A stretch of DNA of 18,805 bases, taken from the UHGV virus genome UHGV-0261633. One strand, 5' to 3'. The position numbers were made by a program, and so were the translations under genes. This DNA comes from a virus. Under the pieces are notes generated by a model. It did not search any database, was not told the origin of the DNA, and was given only the letters and a program-made list of their open reading frames with translations. Below are positions 1 through 6,498 of this stretch, piece by piece (position 1 is the first letter of the stretch; the number at the start of each line of letters is the position of its first letter).

Positions 1-1275
1 GGATTTACCAGCAGCGCCTGGGTCTTGAGGGATAAAAATACCAGTTCGCTTACCGTCACTTTCAGCAGTCAAATTAATTTGTGTTTCGACTCCAGAGGGT
101 CTATCTCTAAATCTTACTACATCAATGATATAATAGCAACCGTCTTTTTTAGATTTACCCATCTTAACACCTGCTGTCCAGTCTGGATTAGGGTTAATCT
201 CAGATGGTAAAGTTGCTGCTAAGTCCCATGCTCTGACATCGAATACATCTTCTGGGAGTGAATCAACAATTTCACACCATTGTCTTTGCCAATAGTTTGA
301 ACCTTCTGCACGAGCCTTCCAGTTACCGAAACGAAGTCTTGCAACGTTTACAGGGGTGTTGTTTTCCAACTTACCACGATATTTAGGTTCTAAGAAGTCA
401 AGAATTGGGTTATCATCAATCGTACCAGAGATGAATGTATATGTTTGAGGAATCTCAAGAGGAAACATTTCAAGAATCTTGTCTCTCTCCCAATCGGAAA
501 CCATAACACCATCATTCATTACATACCAACGAATACGACCACACTTTTCAGGGTCTGGGTAACCTTCTTCATCTAAGAATGGTTCTACCCAATCGTAAAT
601 AAAGTGGTCTCTGTCTGGGTTCATAGAAATCTTCATGTATGAATCACCTTCAGCCCCAGAACGTAGACGAGTCTGTAGGTATGAAATCTGTGAAGCAGAG
701 AAGTGCGTACCTTCGTCAAAGTAAATAGCTGAGTATTCAATACCCTGATGACCTTCAGCGTGCTTTTCAAGTTCTAGATAGGTAAACTTGATAGTTGCCC
801 CAGAAGGGAATGTGATAGTCATCTTCTGCTCGTGAGGAACCCCACCAAACTTACCAAATAGTTTCTTTGCAGCAGGCCACAAACCACCTTGTAGCTGTGT
901 TGTATTTCTACGGAAATATACAGCATTATAATTAGGGTCGTCAATAAACCTTAAAGAGTCCATTAACAATGCAGCAGTCTTACCAGCACCCGCAGCACCA
1001 CCATAGAGAACCAAGTCAGCATTAGTATTTAAAAAGACCTCTTGAGAACCCGGCTGAGGGGCTACATAGTTCTTATCAGTCATCAATTTGAAGATAAGTC
1101 TAACTTGGTCTGGTGTGTATCTTAATAAAGTCAGAATTTGAGTTGGAAGGAATTTAGAGGGGTCTTTACCGAATGATTTAATAATTTCTTTTACTTCATC
1201 AGAAAGCCCCAACTCTCCAGCTAGGACTTTCCTAACATCTTCCACTCGCTTCTGCTTAACAGCATTTAAGTCCAT
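1..1275 (-). CDS. terL: terminase large subunit (partial; N-terminal ~425 codons, C-terminus beyond window start)
   Basis: Minus-strand frame open from ATG (rc of 1273-1275) to the window edge; GGAGG RBS 7 nt upstream. Hand translation begins MDLNAVKQKRVEDV and contains Walker A LYGGAAGAGKT followed by FRRN, and Walker B-like AIYFDEGTHF. Assignment is from motif recognition, not a search. Confidence 0.65.
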   Translation of the reverse strand, partial: MDLNAVKQKRVEDVRKVLAGELGLSDEVKEIIKSFGKDPSKFLPTQILTLLRYTPDQVRLIFKLMTDKNYVAPQPGSQEVFLNTNADLVLYGGAAGAGKTAALLMDSLRFIDDPNYNAVYFRRNTTQLQGGLWPAAKKLFGKFGGVPHEQKMTITFPSGATIKFTYLELEKHAEGHQGIEYSAIYFDEGTHFSASQISYLQTRLRSGAEGDSYMKISMNPDRDHFIYDWVEPFLDEEGYPDPEKCGRIRWYVMNDGVMVSDWERDKILEMFPLEIPQTYTFISGTIDDNPILDFLEPKYRGKLENNTPVNVARLRFGNWKARAEGSNYWQRQWCEIVDSLPEDVFDVRAWDLAATLPSEINPNPDWTAGVKMGKSKKDGCYYIIDVVRFRDRPSGVETQINLTAESDGKRTGIFIPQDPGAAGKS

Positions 1276-1296
1276 TAAGCACCTCCGCAAATAGAA

Positions 1297-1497
1297 TTAT
1301 TCAGAGTCTGTAGCAGTCTCTTCTTTCTTAACTTCGAACTTTGCATCAACAGCATCAAGAAGTGCATCCATAGATGCTTCTTTAATATCAATACCTGTTG
1401 CTACAGACAATCTGTCTGCAATTGCCATGATAGTATTCTGCATAAATTCTAGCTTTTTGTTAGCTTCATAAAGTTCTTTATAAACGGTCTCGCTCAT
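1297..1497 (-). CDS. hypothetical protein (66 aa) directly upstream of terL
   Basis: ORF track; GGAG RBS about 9 nt upstream of ATG; stop 22 nt before the terL start. Confidence 0.5.
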   Translation of the reverse strand: MSETVYKELYEANKKLEFMQNTIMAIADRLSVATGIDIKEASMDALLDAVDAKFEVKKEETATDSE

Positions 1498-1532
1498 TAT
1501 GTTTTCTCCAAATAGTTAACCATGTTTCCCCT

Positions 1533-1557
1533 TAAAAAAGACGGTACAGAGACCGTC
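1533..1557 (-). terminator. intrinsic terminator (minus strand) downstream of the tRNA array
   Basis: Stem gacggt/accgtc (1540-1545 / 1552-1557), loop acagag, adjoining aaaaaa on + (1534-1539) gives a U-tract after the hairpin on the minus strand. Confidence 0.6.
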
Positions 1558-1700
1558 AAGGAGAAACCACAATGTACGTCAGAGACATACTGTATAAGAC
1601 TTCTTATAAAGTATAACTCTGTAAAAAAGCCCTGTCTAAAAATACTCTTCGGTAGCGAAAGGAAGAATACTTATAGCAGGGCATTATTATTATTTTAATT

Positions 1701-1717
1701 GAGAGAGAGAGAGAGAG
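1701..1717. repeat. (GA)8 dinucleotide microsatellite
   Basis: gagagagagagagagag read directly, just outside the tRNA-Cys 3' end. Confidence 0.9.
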
Positions 1718-1727
1718 TAAAATAACT

Positions 1728-1803
1728 TGGAGAATCCGAAGGGACTCGAACCCTTATAAACCTGTTTTGCAGACAGGCACATAGCCATTTCTGTCACGGA
1801 TTC
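1728..1803 (-). tRNA. tRNA-Cys (anticodon GCA)
   Basis: Hand fold: encoded CCA (tgg on + at 1728-1730), acceptor gaatccg/cggattc perfect, T-arm aaggg-actcgaa-ccctt, anticodon loop in tRNA sense CUGCAAA. Confidence 0.8.
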
Positions 1804-1807
1804 AAAT

Positions 1808-1900
1808 TGGAGGAAGATACCAGACTTGAACTGGTACACCGATTTCTCAGCTACTGGCAGTTTAGCAAACTGCTCCCTTACCTTTTAGGGTTAATCTTCC
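1808..1900 (-). tRNA. tRNA-Ser (anticodon GCU), type II
   Basis: Encoded CCA, acceptor ggaagat/atcttcc perfect, T-arm accag-acttgaa-ctggt, long variable arm, anticodon stem gcagt/actgc with loop UUGCUAA. Confidence 0.8.
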
Positions 1901-1902
1901 AT

Positions 1903-2637
1903 TTATTTCTGTAATGCGTTCTTCATTTCTGGTGTTGCAATAGTGTCAATTACACCAGTTTTACAAGCATCATCAAACCAGTCTGGTAAGATACCTGCTA
2001 AGAACCCATTGATATTCGTTTTAAGGTACTCTGCAATAAGGGCAGCTTCTTCTTCAATCATCTGCACAACTTCATCTGCATAAGCTGTAATCTTCGAGAT
2101 ACCTTCATTAATCTTACTAACAGCTTGGTTAGCTAAATCAGAAATAGTATCAAGACCTTTGTCAATAGCGTCTTGTAAGTCACTTAATACATCATTAACA
2201 CCGTCTAGTGCACTGTTAATCATATCAATAGCTTTTTGACCATACTCTGTAGCAACACCCATAATACCACTAAATGGTGTACAGCCAACTTGTTCACCTG
2301 CTGCACCCATAACATTAGAATAACCTTTTGCTACCTGCATACGTGATGAAAACTCATCAATGGACTTTTGACCGTAATCTGTCAGTGTTTTGGTAGTTGA
2401 TGTAGTGCTTGTCAGACTCGTGGTAAAGCTGTTAAGCAGAACTGTTGTAAGTCCAGCAGCAACAAGCTTATCCTTTACTGTAGGGTCTGATACAGAACTA
2501 ATAGAGCTTACAAGTGATGTAGAGGCAGCTACGGTTCCACCGAGAACTGCTGCACCAGTAATAAGGGGGTTAGAAAACCCTTTACCAGTTTTTAAGAGAT
2601 TAAAAATCTCCTTACCTTGTTCTGTCATCTCTTTCAT
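1903..2637 (-). CDS. hypothetical Ser/Thr-rich protein (~244 aa) embedded in the tRNA array
   Basis: ORF track 1903..2700, but the first 21 codons overlap tRNA-Phe and begin at a non-ATG codon; internal ATG at 2635-2637 has an AAGGTG RBS. Low-complexity S/T/A-rich N-terminal half. Confidence 0.55.
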   Translation of the reverse strand: MKEMTEQGKEIFNLLKTGKGFSNPLITGAAVLGGTVAASTSLVSSISSVSDPTVKDKLVAAGLTTVLLNSFTTSLTSTTSTTKTLTDYGQKSIDEFSSRMQVAKGYSNVMGAAGEQVGCTPFSGIMGVATEYGQKAIDMINSALDGVNDVLSDLQDAIDKGLDTISDLANQAVSKINEGISKITAYADEVVQMIEEEAALIAEYLKTNINGFLAGILPDWFDDACKTGVIDTIATPEMKNALQK

Positions 2638-2653
2638 TAAGCACCTTTGAAAT

Positions 2654-2730
2654 TGGTAGTCCAGTGGGATTTGAACCCTCTTCTCATGTTTTTCAGACAC
2701 GCGCTTTAACCATATAAGCTACTTGGACTA
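2654..2730 (-). tRNA. tRNA-Phe (anticodon GAA)
   Basis: Acceptor tagtcca/tggacta perfect, T-loop atttgaa (one mismatch in T-stem), anticodon loop CUGAAAA; 3' CCA encoding ambiguous. Confidence 0.7.
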
Positions 2731-2735
2731 TAAAT

Positions 2736-2811
2736 TGGGGTGACCTACGGGATTTGAACCCGTATAGACCATGTTCACAGCATGGGTCATTACCATTTAT
2801 GATAAGGCCAC
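2736..2811 (-). tRNA. tRNA-His (anticodon GUG)
   Basis: Encoded CCA, acceptor with one G-U, T-arm acggg-atttgaa-cccgt, anticodon stem ccatg/catgg with loop CUGUGAA. Confidence 0.8.
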
Positions 2812-2842
2812 ATTTAAGGACTCTCGTAAGAATCCTTAGAAG

Positions 2843-2918
2843 TGGCAGCGGCATAAGGATTTGAACCTTAATAAGACAGCTTCAGAGACTGCTGCATTGC
2901 CAGTTATGCTATACCGCT
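2843..2918 (-). tRNA. tRNA-Gln (anticodon CUG)
   Basis: Encoded CCA, T-arm taagg-atttgaa-cctta, D-arm gcat-tgccagtt-atgc, anticodon loop CUCUGAA. Confidence 0.75.
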
Positions 2919-2923
2919 AAATT

Positions 2924-3002
2924 TGGTACTCCATATCGGATTCGAACCGATACATAACACAGATTTTAAGTCTGGCCTCTCTGCCAATTGGAGTAATGGA
3001 GC
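2924..3002 (-). tRNA. tRNA with leucine anticodon UAA but type-I length (putative tRNA-Leu)
   Basis: Encoded CCA, discriminator A, acceptor actccat/atggagc (terminal G-U), T-arm atcgg-attcgaa-ccgat, anticodon loop CUUAAAA; about 7-nt variable loop, no long arm. Confidence 0.55.
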
Positions 3003-3004
3003 AT

Positions 3005-3080
3005 TGGCGGGGGATGTTGGAATTGAACCAACTTCTTCGATTTCAAAGACCGAGGTTTTAACCTTGTAAACTAATCCCCT
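3005..3080 (-). tRNA. tRNA-Gln (anticodon UUG)
   Basis: Encoded CCA, T-arm gttgg-aattgaa-ccaac, anticodon loop CUUUGAA. Confidence 0.75.
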
Positions 3081-3088
3081 TTAAATCT

Positions 3089-3646
3089 TTACTTTCTCAG
3101 TGGATGAATAAAGAATGCCAACATAACTCTTTCCCTTGAGAATGCTCTTTCTTCTGGGACAACACTTTTTAGCTTCCATCCAACATAAATTCTCCAGTAG
3201 AATTGTTTACCAAAGACTTTAATTGATGGGATAAAAGCGAATAATCCCCAAGCATTACTGTTCCACATTAGGAGATAACCTGTCTGATTATCTTCAGGGT
3301 CAGAACTTACGTTGATATTGCCTTTCCACTTAGTAACATCTTTTACATCTCTTCCTAACACATGGTAAGAGAAGTTATAAGCTTTGTTTCTCCAGAGCCA
3401 TCCAACTCTCTGCAAATAGACACCAAGCTTACCAATCTTTCTAATCTTAGCCCATCTTTTAACGTGACCTTCATCACCATCAATCGGGTTGTCATATGTC
3501 TCCATCCATCTGAATCCAAAAGGTAAGTGTCCTTTCTTCTCACTGTAAAATGGAACTACAAAAGGTGCTAAGATAACTGCTAAGATTGCTGCCAATGGTT
3601 CTAGCAAAGCTAAGAAAATCCATGAAGCATACTTCAAGTATCTCAT
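3089..3646 (-). CDS. hypothetical membrane protein (185 aa) embedded in the tRNA array
   Basis: ORF track; AGAGG RBS about 9 nt upstream; hydrophobic N-terminal segment IFLALLEPLAAILAVILAPFVVPF, Trp-rich remainder. Confidence 0.6.
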   Translation of the reverse strand: MRYLKYASWIFLALLEPLAAILAVILAPFVVPFYSEKKGHLPFGFRWMETYDNPIDGDEGHVKRWAKIRKIGKLGVYLQRVGWLWRNKAYNFSYHVLGRDVKDVTKWKGNINVSSDPEDNQTGYLLMWNSNAWGLFAFIPSIKVFGKQFYWRIYVGWKLKSVVPEERAFSRERVMLAFFIHPLRK

Positions 3647-3665
3647 TTAAATAGCCTCTTTAAAT

Positions 3666-3741
3666 TGGCGCAGGATAAGGGATTCGAACCCCTATTAACA
3701 GCTTCGTAGACTGTTGCTCTATCCATTTGAACTAATCCTGC
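3666..3741 (-). tRNA. tRNA-Arg (anticodon ACG)
   Basis: Encoded CCA, acceptor gcaggat/atcctgc perfect, T-arm aaggg-attcgaa-cccct, anticodon loop CUACGAA. Confidence 0.8.
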
Positions 3742-3855
3742 TTACCTACAAGAACACCATACAGTTTTTCACAAGAGTTGTTTTTACGCCTGTTTTTGAA
3801 TGACGCTATAAACTTTTTTGCAATTGATTTATTACTCATAGTGTTCTCCTAAAAT

Positions 3856-3933
3856 TGGTGTTCCAAGACGGATTCGAACCGTCACTAGTACAAGGTTTGA
3901 GCTTGCATCCTCTGCCAATTGGGATACTGGAAC
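3856..3933 (-). tRNA. tRNA with leucine anticodon CAA but type-I length (putative tRNA-Leu)
   Basis: Reverse complement GUUCCAG-UA-UCC..GGA-U-GCAAG-CUCAAAC-CUUGU-ACUAGU-GACGG-UUCGAAU-CCGUC-UUGGAAC-A-CCA; 6-nt variable loop, discriminator A. Confidence 0.55.
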
Positions 3934-3934
3934 A

Positions 3935-4009
3935 TGGTACTCACTAAAGGACTTGAACCTTTTTCTTCATCTTGTAAGGGTGATGTTTTACCATATAAAC
4001 TAAGCGAGT
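3935..4009 (-). tRNA. tRNA-Val (anticodon UAC)
   Basis: Encoded CCA, T-arm aaagg-acttgaa-ccttt, anticodon loop CUUACAA. Confidence 0.75.
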
Positions 4010-4011
4010 AT

Positions 4012-4102
4012 GAAAGAGGTCTGAAGTTGTGCCGCTAACTCAACTCCGTGGGATTTGTTACGGTCTTCAGTTGACTCAAAGCGGTCTTTCACTTGACCTC
4101 TA
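4012..4102 (-). ncRNA. tRNA-sized structured element without a canonical T-loop (possible tRNA-like RNA or degenerate tRNA)
   Basis: Outer stem agaggt (4015-4020) / acctct (4096-4101), inner stem ctgaag (4021-4026) / cttcag (4065-4070), internal hairpin ccgt..acgg (4046-4063); no GTTCGAAUC motif in either orientation. Strand not determined from sequence. Confidence 0.3.
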
Positions 4103-4105
4103 AAT

Positions 4106-4181
4106 TGGTGCTCCCACAAGGATTCGAACCCTGATAAGTTACTTACAAGGCAACCGTAATAGCCAATTATACGATAGGAGC
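4106..4181 (-). tRNA. tRNA-Thr (anticodon UGU)
   Basis: Reverse complement GCUCCUA-UC-GUAU-AAUUGGCUA-UUAC-G-GUUGC-CUUGUAA-GUAAC-..-CAGGG-UUCGAAU-CCUUG-UGGGAGC-A-CCA. Confidence 0.8.
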
Positions 4182-4188
4182 ATTAATT

Positions 4189-4263
4189 TGGAGCATCCAG
4201 AGGGAATCGAACCCTCAACCTCAGTTTGGAAGACTGTAATTTTCCCGTTTAAACTATGGATGC
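4189..4263 (-). tRNA. tRNA-Gly (anticodon UCC)
   Basis: Encoded CCA, acceptor gcatcca/tggatgc perfect, T-arm gaggg-aatcgaa-ccctc, anticodon loop CUUCCAA. Confidence 0.8.
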
Positions 4264-4269
4264 ACTAAT

Positions 4270-4345
4270 TGGTGGAGTCACCGAGAATTGAACTCGGTTC
4301 CCAAGTTTGCAAAACTCGAATTTTAACCATATAAACTATGACCCC
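4270..4345 (-). tRNA. tRNA-Ala (anticodon UGC)
   Basis: Encoded CCA, T-arm ccgag-aattgaa-ctcgg, anticodon loop UUUGCAA. Confidence 0.8.
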
Positions 4346-4351
4346 ATTGTT

Positions 4352-4427
4352 TGGTACAGGTGGAGGGAATTGAACCCATCGTCTTACTGATTAAGAGTCA
4401 GCCGCATAACCATTTTGCTACACCTGC
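4352..4427 (-). tRNA. tRNA-Lys (anticodon CUU)
   Basis: Encoded CCA, acceptor with terminal G-U, T-loop aattgaa (T-stem only 3 clean pairs), anticodon loop CUCUUAA; paralogous in outline to the tRNA at 5656-5731. Confidence 0.7.
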
Positions 4428-4434
4428 ATTAATT

Positions 4435-4512
4435 TGGTAGGAGACAAGGGATTCGAACCCTCAAACACCAACTTCTAAGGATGGTAGGTTTACCAATTAC
4501 CGTCAATCTCCC
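4435..4512 (-). tRNA. tRNA with leucine anticodon UAG but type-I length (putative tRNA-Leu)
   Basis: Encoded CCA, discriminator A, acceptor 7 pairs with two G-U, T-arm aaggg-attcgaa-ccctc, anticodon stem CCAUC/GUUGG (one mismatch) with loop CUUAGAA; D-arm poorly paired. Confidence 0.5.
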
Positions 4513-4593
4513 ATTAAATCTTTTTAGAGAACTTCTAAGAACCTAAGCAACAAGGTTCCACAACAAGCTGTAATAACCTTAGAAGCCCTCTAA

Positions 4594-4613
4594 AAAGACC
4601 TAAATAGGTCTTT
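4594..4613. other. AT-rich hairpin in array spacer (weak terminator-like)
   Basis: aaagacc-taaata-ggtcttt flanked by A/T runs; orientation and function unclear. Confidence 0.25.
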
Positions 4614-4767
4614 GCATAGTCTTGTTTAATCCGGTGACTAGAACCTTTGGAGAGCTTGATATTATCTCTTCTCCGTGACACCTACTAGGTGCTTTGACAG
4701 TGTACGACAATACACGAGGGATACCAAAGCAACATCCAAATGAAGCTTGGCTTTAAATCTTATTAGG

Positions 4768-4855
4768 CGGTAAGTAAAGGAGTCGAACCCTCACCGTATC
4801 TCTACAGTGGCAACTGTTTTCAAGACAGTTTGGCTACCATTAGCCGCTACCTACC
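4768..4855 (-). tRNA. tRNA-Ser (anticodon UGA), type II
   Basis: T-arm aaagg-agtcgaa-ccctc, ~20-nt variable region, anticodon stem actgt/acagt with loop CUUGAAA, acceptor ggtaagt/acctacc with one G-U; CCA apparently not encoded. Confidence 0.65.
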
Positions 4856-4868
4856 CCTAATAAGACTT

Positions 4869-4951
4869 TGGCATGGGACGGAGGAGTTGAACCCCTTTGA
4901 AACGGTTTTGGAGGCCGTTGCTCATGCCTTAGAGTCTTAACATCGTCCCAT
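4869..4951 (-). tRNA. tRNA-Trp (anticodon CCA)
   Basis: Encoded CCA, acceptor atgggac/gtcccat perfect, T-arm ggagg-agttgaa-cccct, anticodon loop CUCCAAA; D-region longer than canonical. Confidence 0.6.
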
Positions 4952-5093
4952 ATTATAATTCGAAGCTTACCCTGTTATCTCAACACTGTCAAGCTTCTTC
5001 TCAGATTATTTACATGTTCTGGAAAACATGAGATACAGACCACCTCCCTACAGGAAGACCCGCTAAGGCCGTCTAAGTAATCTGCTAACTATT

Positions 5094-5175
5094 TGGTCGA
5101 GGCGGCAGGACTCGAACCCGCATACTCCACTTACTCGGTTAACGGCGGTTTAGAAGACCGCTGAGATACGCCCCG
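5094..5175 (-). tRNA. tRNA-Arg-like (anticodon UCU) with non-canonical body
   Basis: Encoded CCA, acceptor cgaggcg/cgccccg, T-arm gcagg-actcgaa-cccgc, perfect anticodon arm GCGGU-CUUCUAA-ACCGC; but only 7 nt between acceptor and anticodon stem (no room for a D-arm) and 23 nt between anticodon and T arms. Confidence 0.45.
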
Positions 5176-5423
5176 TAATTATCTTTAAAGACTCTCTTAG
5201 AAAGCCCTTAAAGATGCCCACCTTATTAATCATACCGTGGGCGAGTACGCCAAATTCTTTAATGAGGGATTGGAAGACCTCACTGGTGTTTAGCCTATCA
5301 AGCTACTGCCAGAAAAACATTGTCGTTTGCATTTATTTTAAATTTGCAAAATAGACGCTACGCAACGAAAACTAAGGTTACTATAAAGTAGTCACATCTC
5401 AATGTCAACAACTTTATTGAAAT

Positions 5424-5498
5424 TGGTTGTAGGTGAGGGTATCGAACCCTCTTCTAACGGTTATCAGCCGTTTGCATTACCATTTATGCTAACCCACA
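5424..5498 (-). tRNA. tRNA-Ile (anticodon GAU)
   Basis: Encoded CCA, T-arm gaggg-tatcgaa-ccctc, D-arm gcat-taccattt-atgc, anticodon stem aacgg/ccgtt with loop CUGAUAA. Confidence 0.8.
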
Positions 5499-5500
5499 AT

Positions 5501-5577
5501 TGGAGGTTCAGATGGGAATCGAACCCACATTCATAGGGCTTATGAAACCCCTGCATTACCTTATCTGCGACTGAACC
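5501..5577 (-). tRNA. tRNA-Met (anticodon CAU), elongator-like acceptor
   Basis: Encoded CCA, acceptor ggttcag/ctgaacc perfect, T-arm atggg-aatcgaa-cccac, anticodon stem GGGGU/GCCCU with loop UUCAUAA. Confidence 0.7.
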
Positions 5578-5655
5578 AGAATAAGTACCCTAGTTAGAGA
5601 AACTGTTGAGTGGGTGTTTCCAGCCGCGCAGGTGTTTCTCAGTTAAGGGTGAATT

Positions 5656-5731
5656 TGGTAGAAGTGGAGGGATTCGAACCCATCGCCTGTCAGATTAAAA
5701 GTCTGCCGCATCACCATTCTGCTACACTTCC
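5656..5731 (-). tRNA. tRNA-Lys (anticodon UUU)
   Basis: Encoded CCA, acceptor with terminal G-U, T-loop attcgaa, anticodon loop CUUUUAA. Confidence 0.7.
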
Positions 5732-5736
5732 ATTAA

Positions 5737-5876
5737 ATTATCTTTGTAGATAAGCTACCCAGACTTGCTTAAGGTCTGTAGCGATGTGCCTTTTGGGTTT
5801 AAATCTAGAATTTACCCTTCACCCTTTGTGGTCGCATACTCACAGGTAAGCTTAATAACTTATCTACAAAGATAAT
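5737..5876. repeat. 18-bp perfect inverted repeat flanking a 104-bp ORF-free segment
   Basis: attatctttgtagataag (5737-5754) is the exact reverse complement of cttatctacaaagataat (5859-5876). Confidence 0.85.
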
Positions 5877-5920
5877 TACCAGACCGTTGTTTATCATCTT
5901 AAGTGCTACCATTACACCAA

Positions 5921-5975
5921 CTCGACATCTGCCGAGTGAAGGAATCGAACCTTCGCCTTTTCTTTACCGGAGAAA
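5921..5975 (-). other. tRNA fragment-like element (canonical T-arm plus one hairpin, no matching acceptor 5' strand)
   Basis: T-arm gaagg-aatcgaa-ccttc (5938-5954) and hairpin tttct-ttaccgg-agaaa (5958-5974); no complementary acceptor strand found downstream. Confidence 0.3.
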
Positions 5976-5990
5976 TAGATTGTTTAAGTT

Positions 5991-6018
5991 TTGCTGTAAA
6001 CGGTCTTCTGTAAATTTG
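5991..6018. repeat. 28-bp exact direct repeat, copy 1 (ttgctgtaaacggtcttctgtaaatttg)
   Basis: Identical 28-mer at 6471-6498; degenerate copies at about 6078-6097 and 6638-6658. Confidence 0.85.
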
Positions 6019-6130
6019 TTGAGCCAGACCAAGTTTTAAATTTTCAAAATTAAATTGGCTTGAAATTTCATACATTCTTGCTGTATTTGGTCTTCTGCTC
6101 CTTTAAAGAATACTCGTAAGAACTCTTTAA

Positions 6131-6153
6131 GGGAGGGGCTAAATAGCCCTCTC
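6131..6153. other. GC-rich hairpin gggaggggct-aaat-agccctctc
   Basis: Shares the 15-mer ggggctaaatagccc with a hairpin at 18364-18378. Confidence 0.5.
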
Positions 6154-6158
6154 AAAAT

Positions 6159-6235
6159 TGGCGGCTACGATGAGACTTGAACTCACATCATCTCCCGTGA
6201 CAGGGGAGTATTTTCTCCAGTTAAACTACATAGCC
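6159..6235 (-). tRNA. tRNA-Asp (anticodon GUC)
   Basis: Encoded CCA, T-arm atgag-acttgaa-ctcac, anticodon stem ctccc/gggag perfect with loop CUGUCAC. Confidence 0.8.
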
Positions 6236-6240
6236 TTTAT

Positions 6241-6328
6241 TGGTGTGCCGTGTAGGAGTCGAACCTACCGAGTCTCAATGACAAGGGATTTACAGTCCCC
6301 ACCGCTACCATCTACGGGATAACGACAC
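6241..6328 (-). tRNA. tRNA-Tyr (anticodon GUA), type II
   Basis: Encoded CCA, T-arm gtagg-agtcgaa-cctac, ~15-nt variable region, anticodon loop CUGUAAA. Confidence 0.75.
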
Positions 6329-6336
6329 ATTTAATT

Positions 6337-6413
6337 TGGCGGTTAGTCAGGGATTCGAACCCTGTGCCATTCGCTTAACAGGCGACCGCACATACCTTAT
6401 GTGCTTCCTAACC
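6337..6413 (-). tRNA. tRNA-Asn (anticodon GUU)
   Basis: Encoded CCA, T-arm caggg-attcgaa-ccctg, D-arm gcac-ataccttat-gtgc, anticodon loop CUGUUAA. Confidence 0.75.
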
Positions 6414-6470
6414 ATGTTTAGTATTACCAGACCGTATCTTTCAATTTTTCCGCTAAAAATTTAATAAGTA

Positions 6471-6498
6471 TTGCTGTAAACGGTCTTCTGTAAATTTG
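6471..6498. repeat. 28-bp exact direct repeat, copy 2, abutting the 3' end of a tRNA-Met gene
   Basis: Identical to 5991-6018. Confidence 0.85.

Noticed and set aside
25-210. 61-aa + strand ORF
   Set aside because: Antisense to the terminase large subunit reading frame.
2390-2650. 86-aa + strand ORF
   Set aside because: Antisense to the better-supported 244-aa minus-strand gene; no RBS.
3355-3543. 62-aa minus-strand ORF
   Set aside because: Alternative frame inside the 185-aa membrane protein gene.
3732-3839. 36-aa minus-strand ORF found by hand
   Set aside because: Its 3' end runs into tRNA-Arg and it is below any reasonable size threshold.
4594-4613. Strong intrinsic terminator
   Set aside because: Stem is mostly A-T with only four G-C pairs and lacks a clean U-tract on either strand; kept only as a weak hairpin.
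5737-5876. Transposon/MITE interpretation of the 18-bp inverted repeat
   Set aside because: No flanking direct target-site duplication visible and no transposase anywhere in the window; kept only as a structural repeat.
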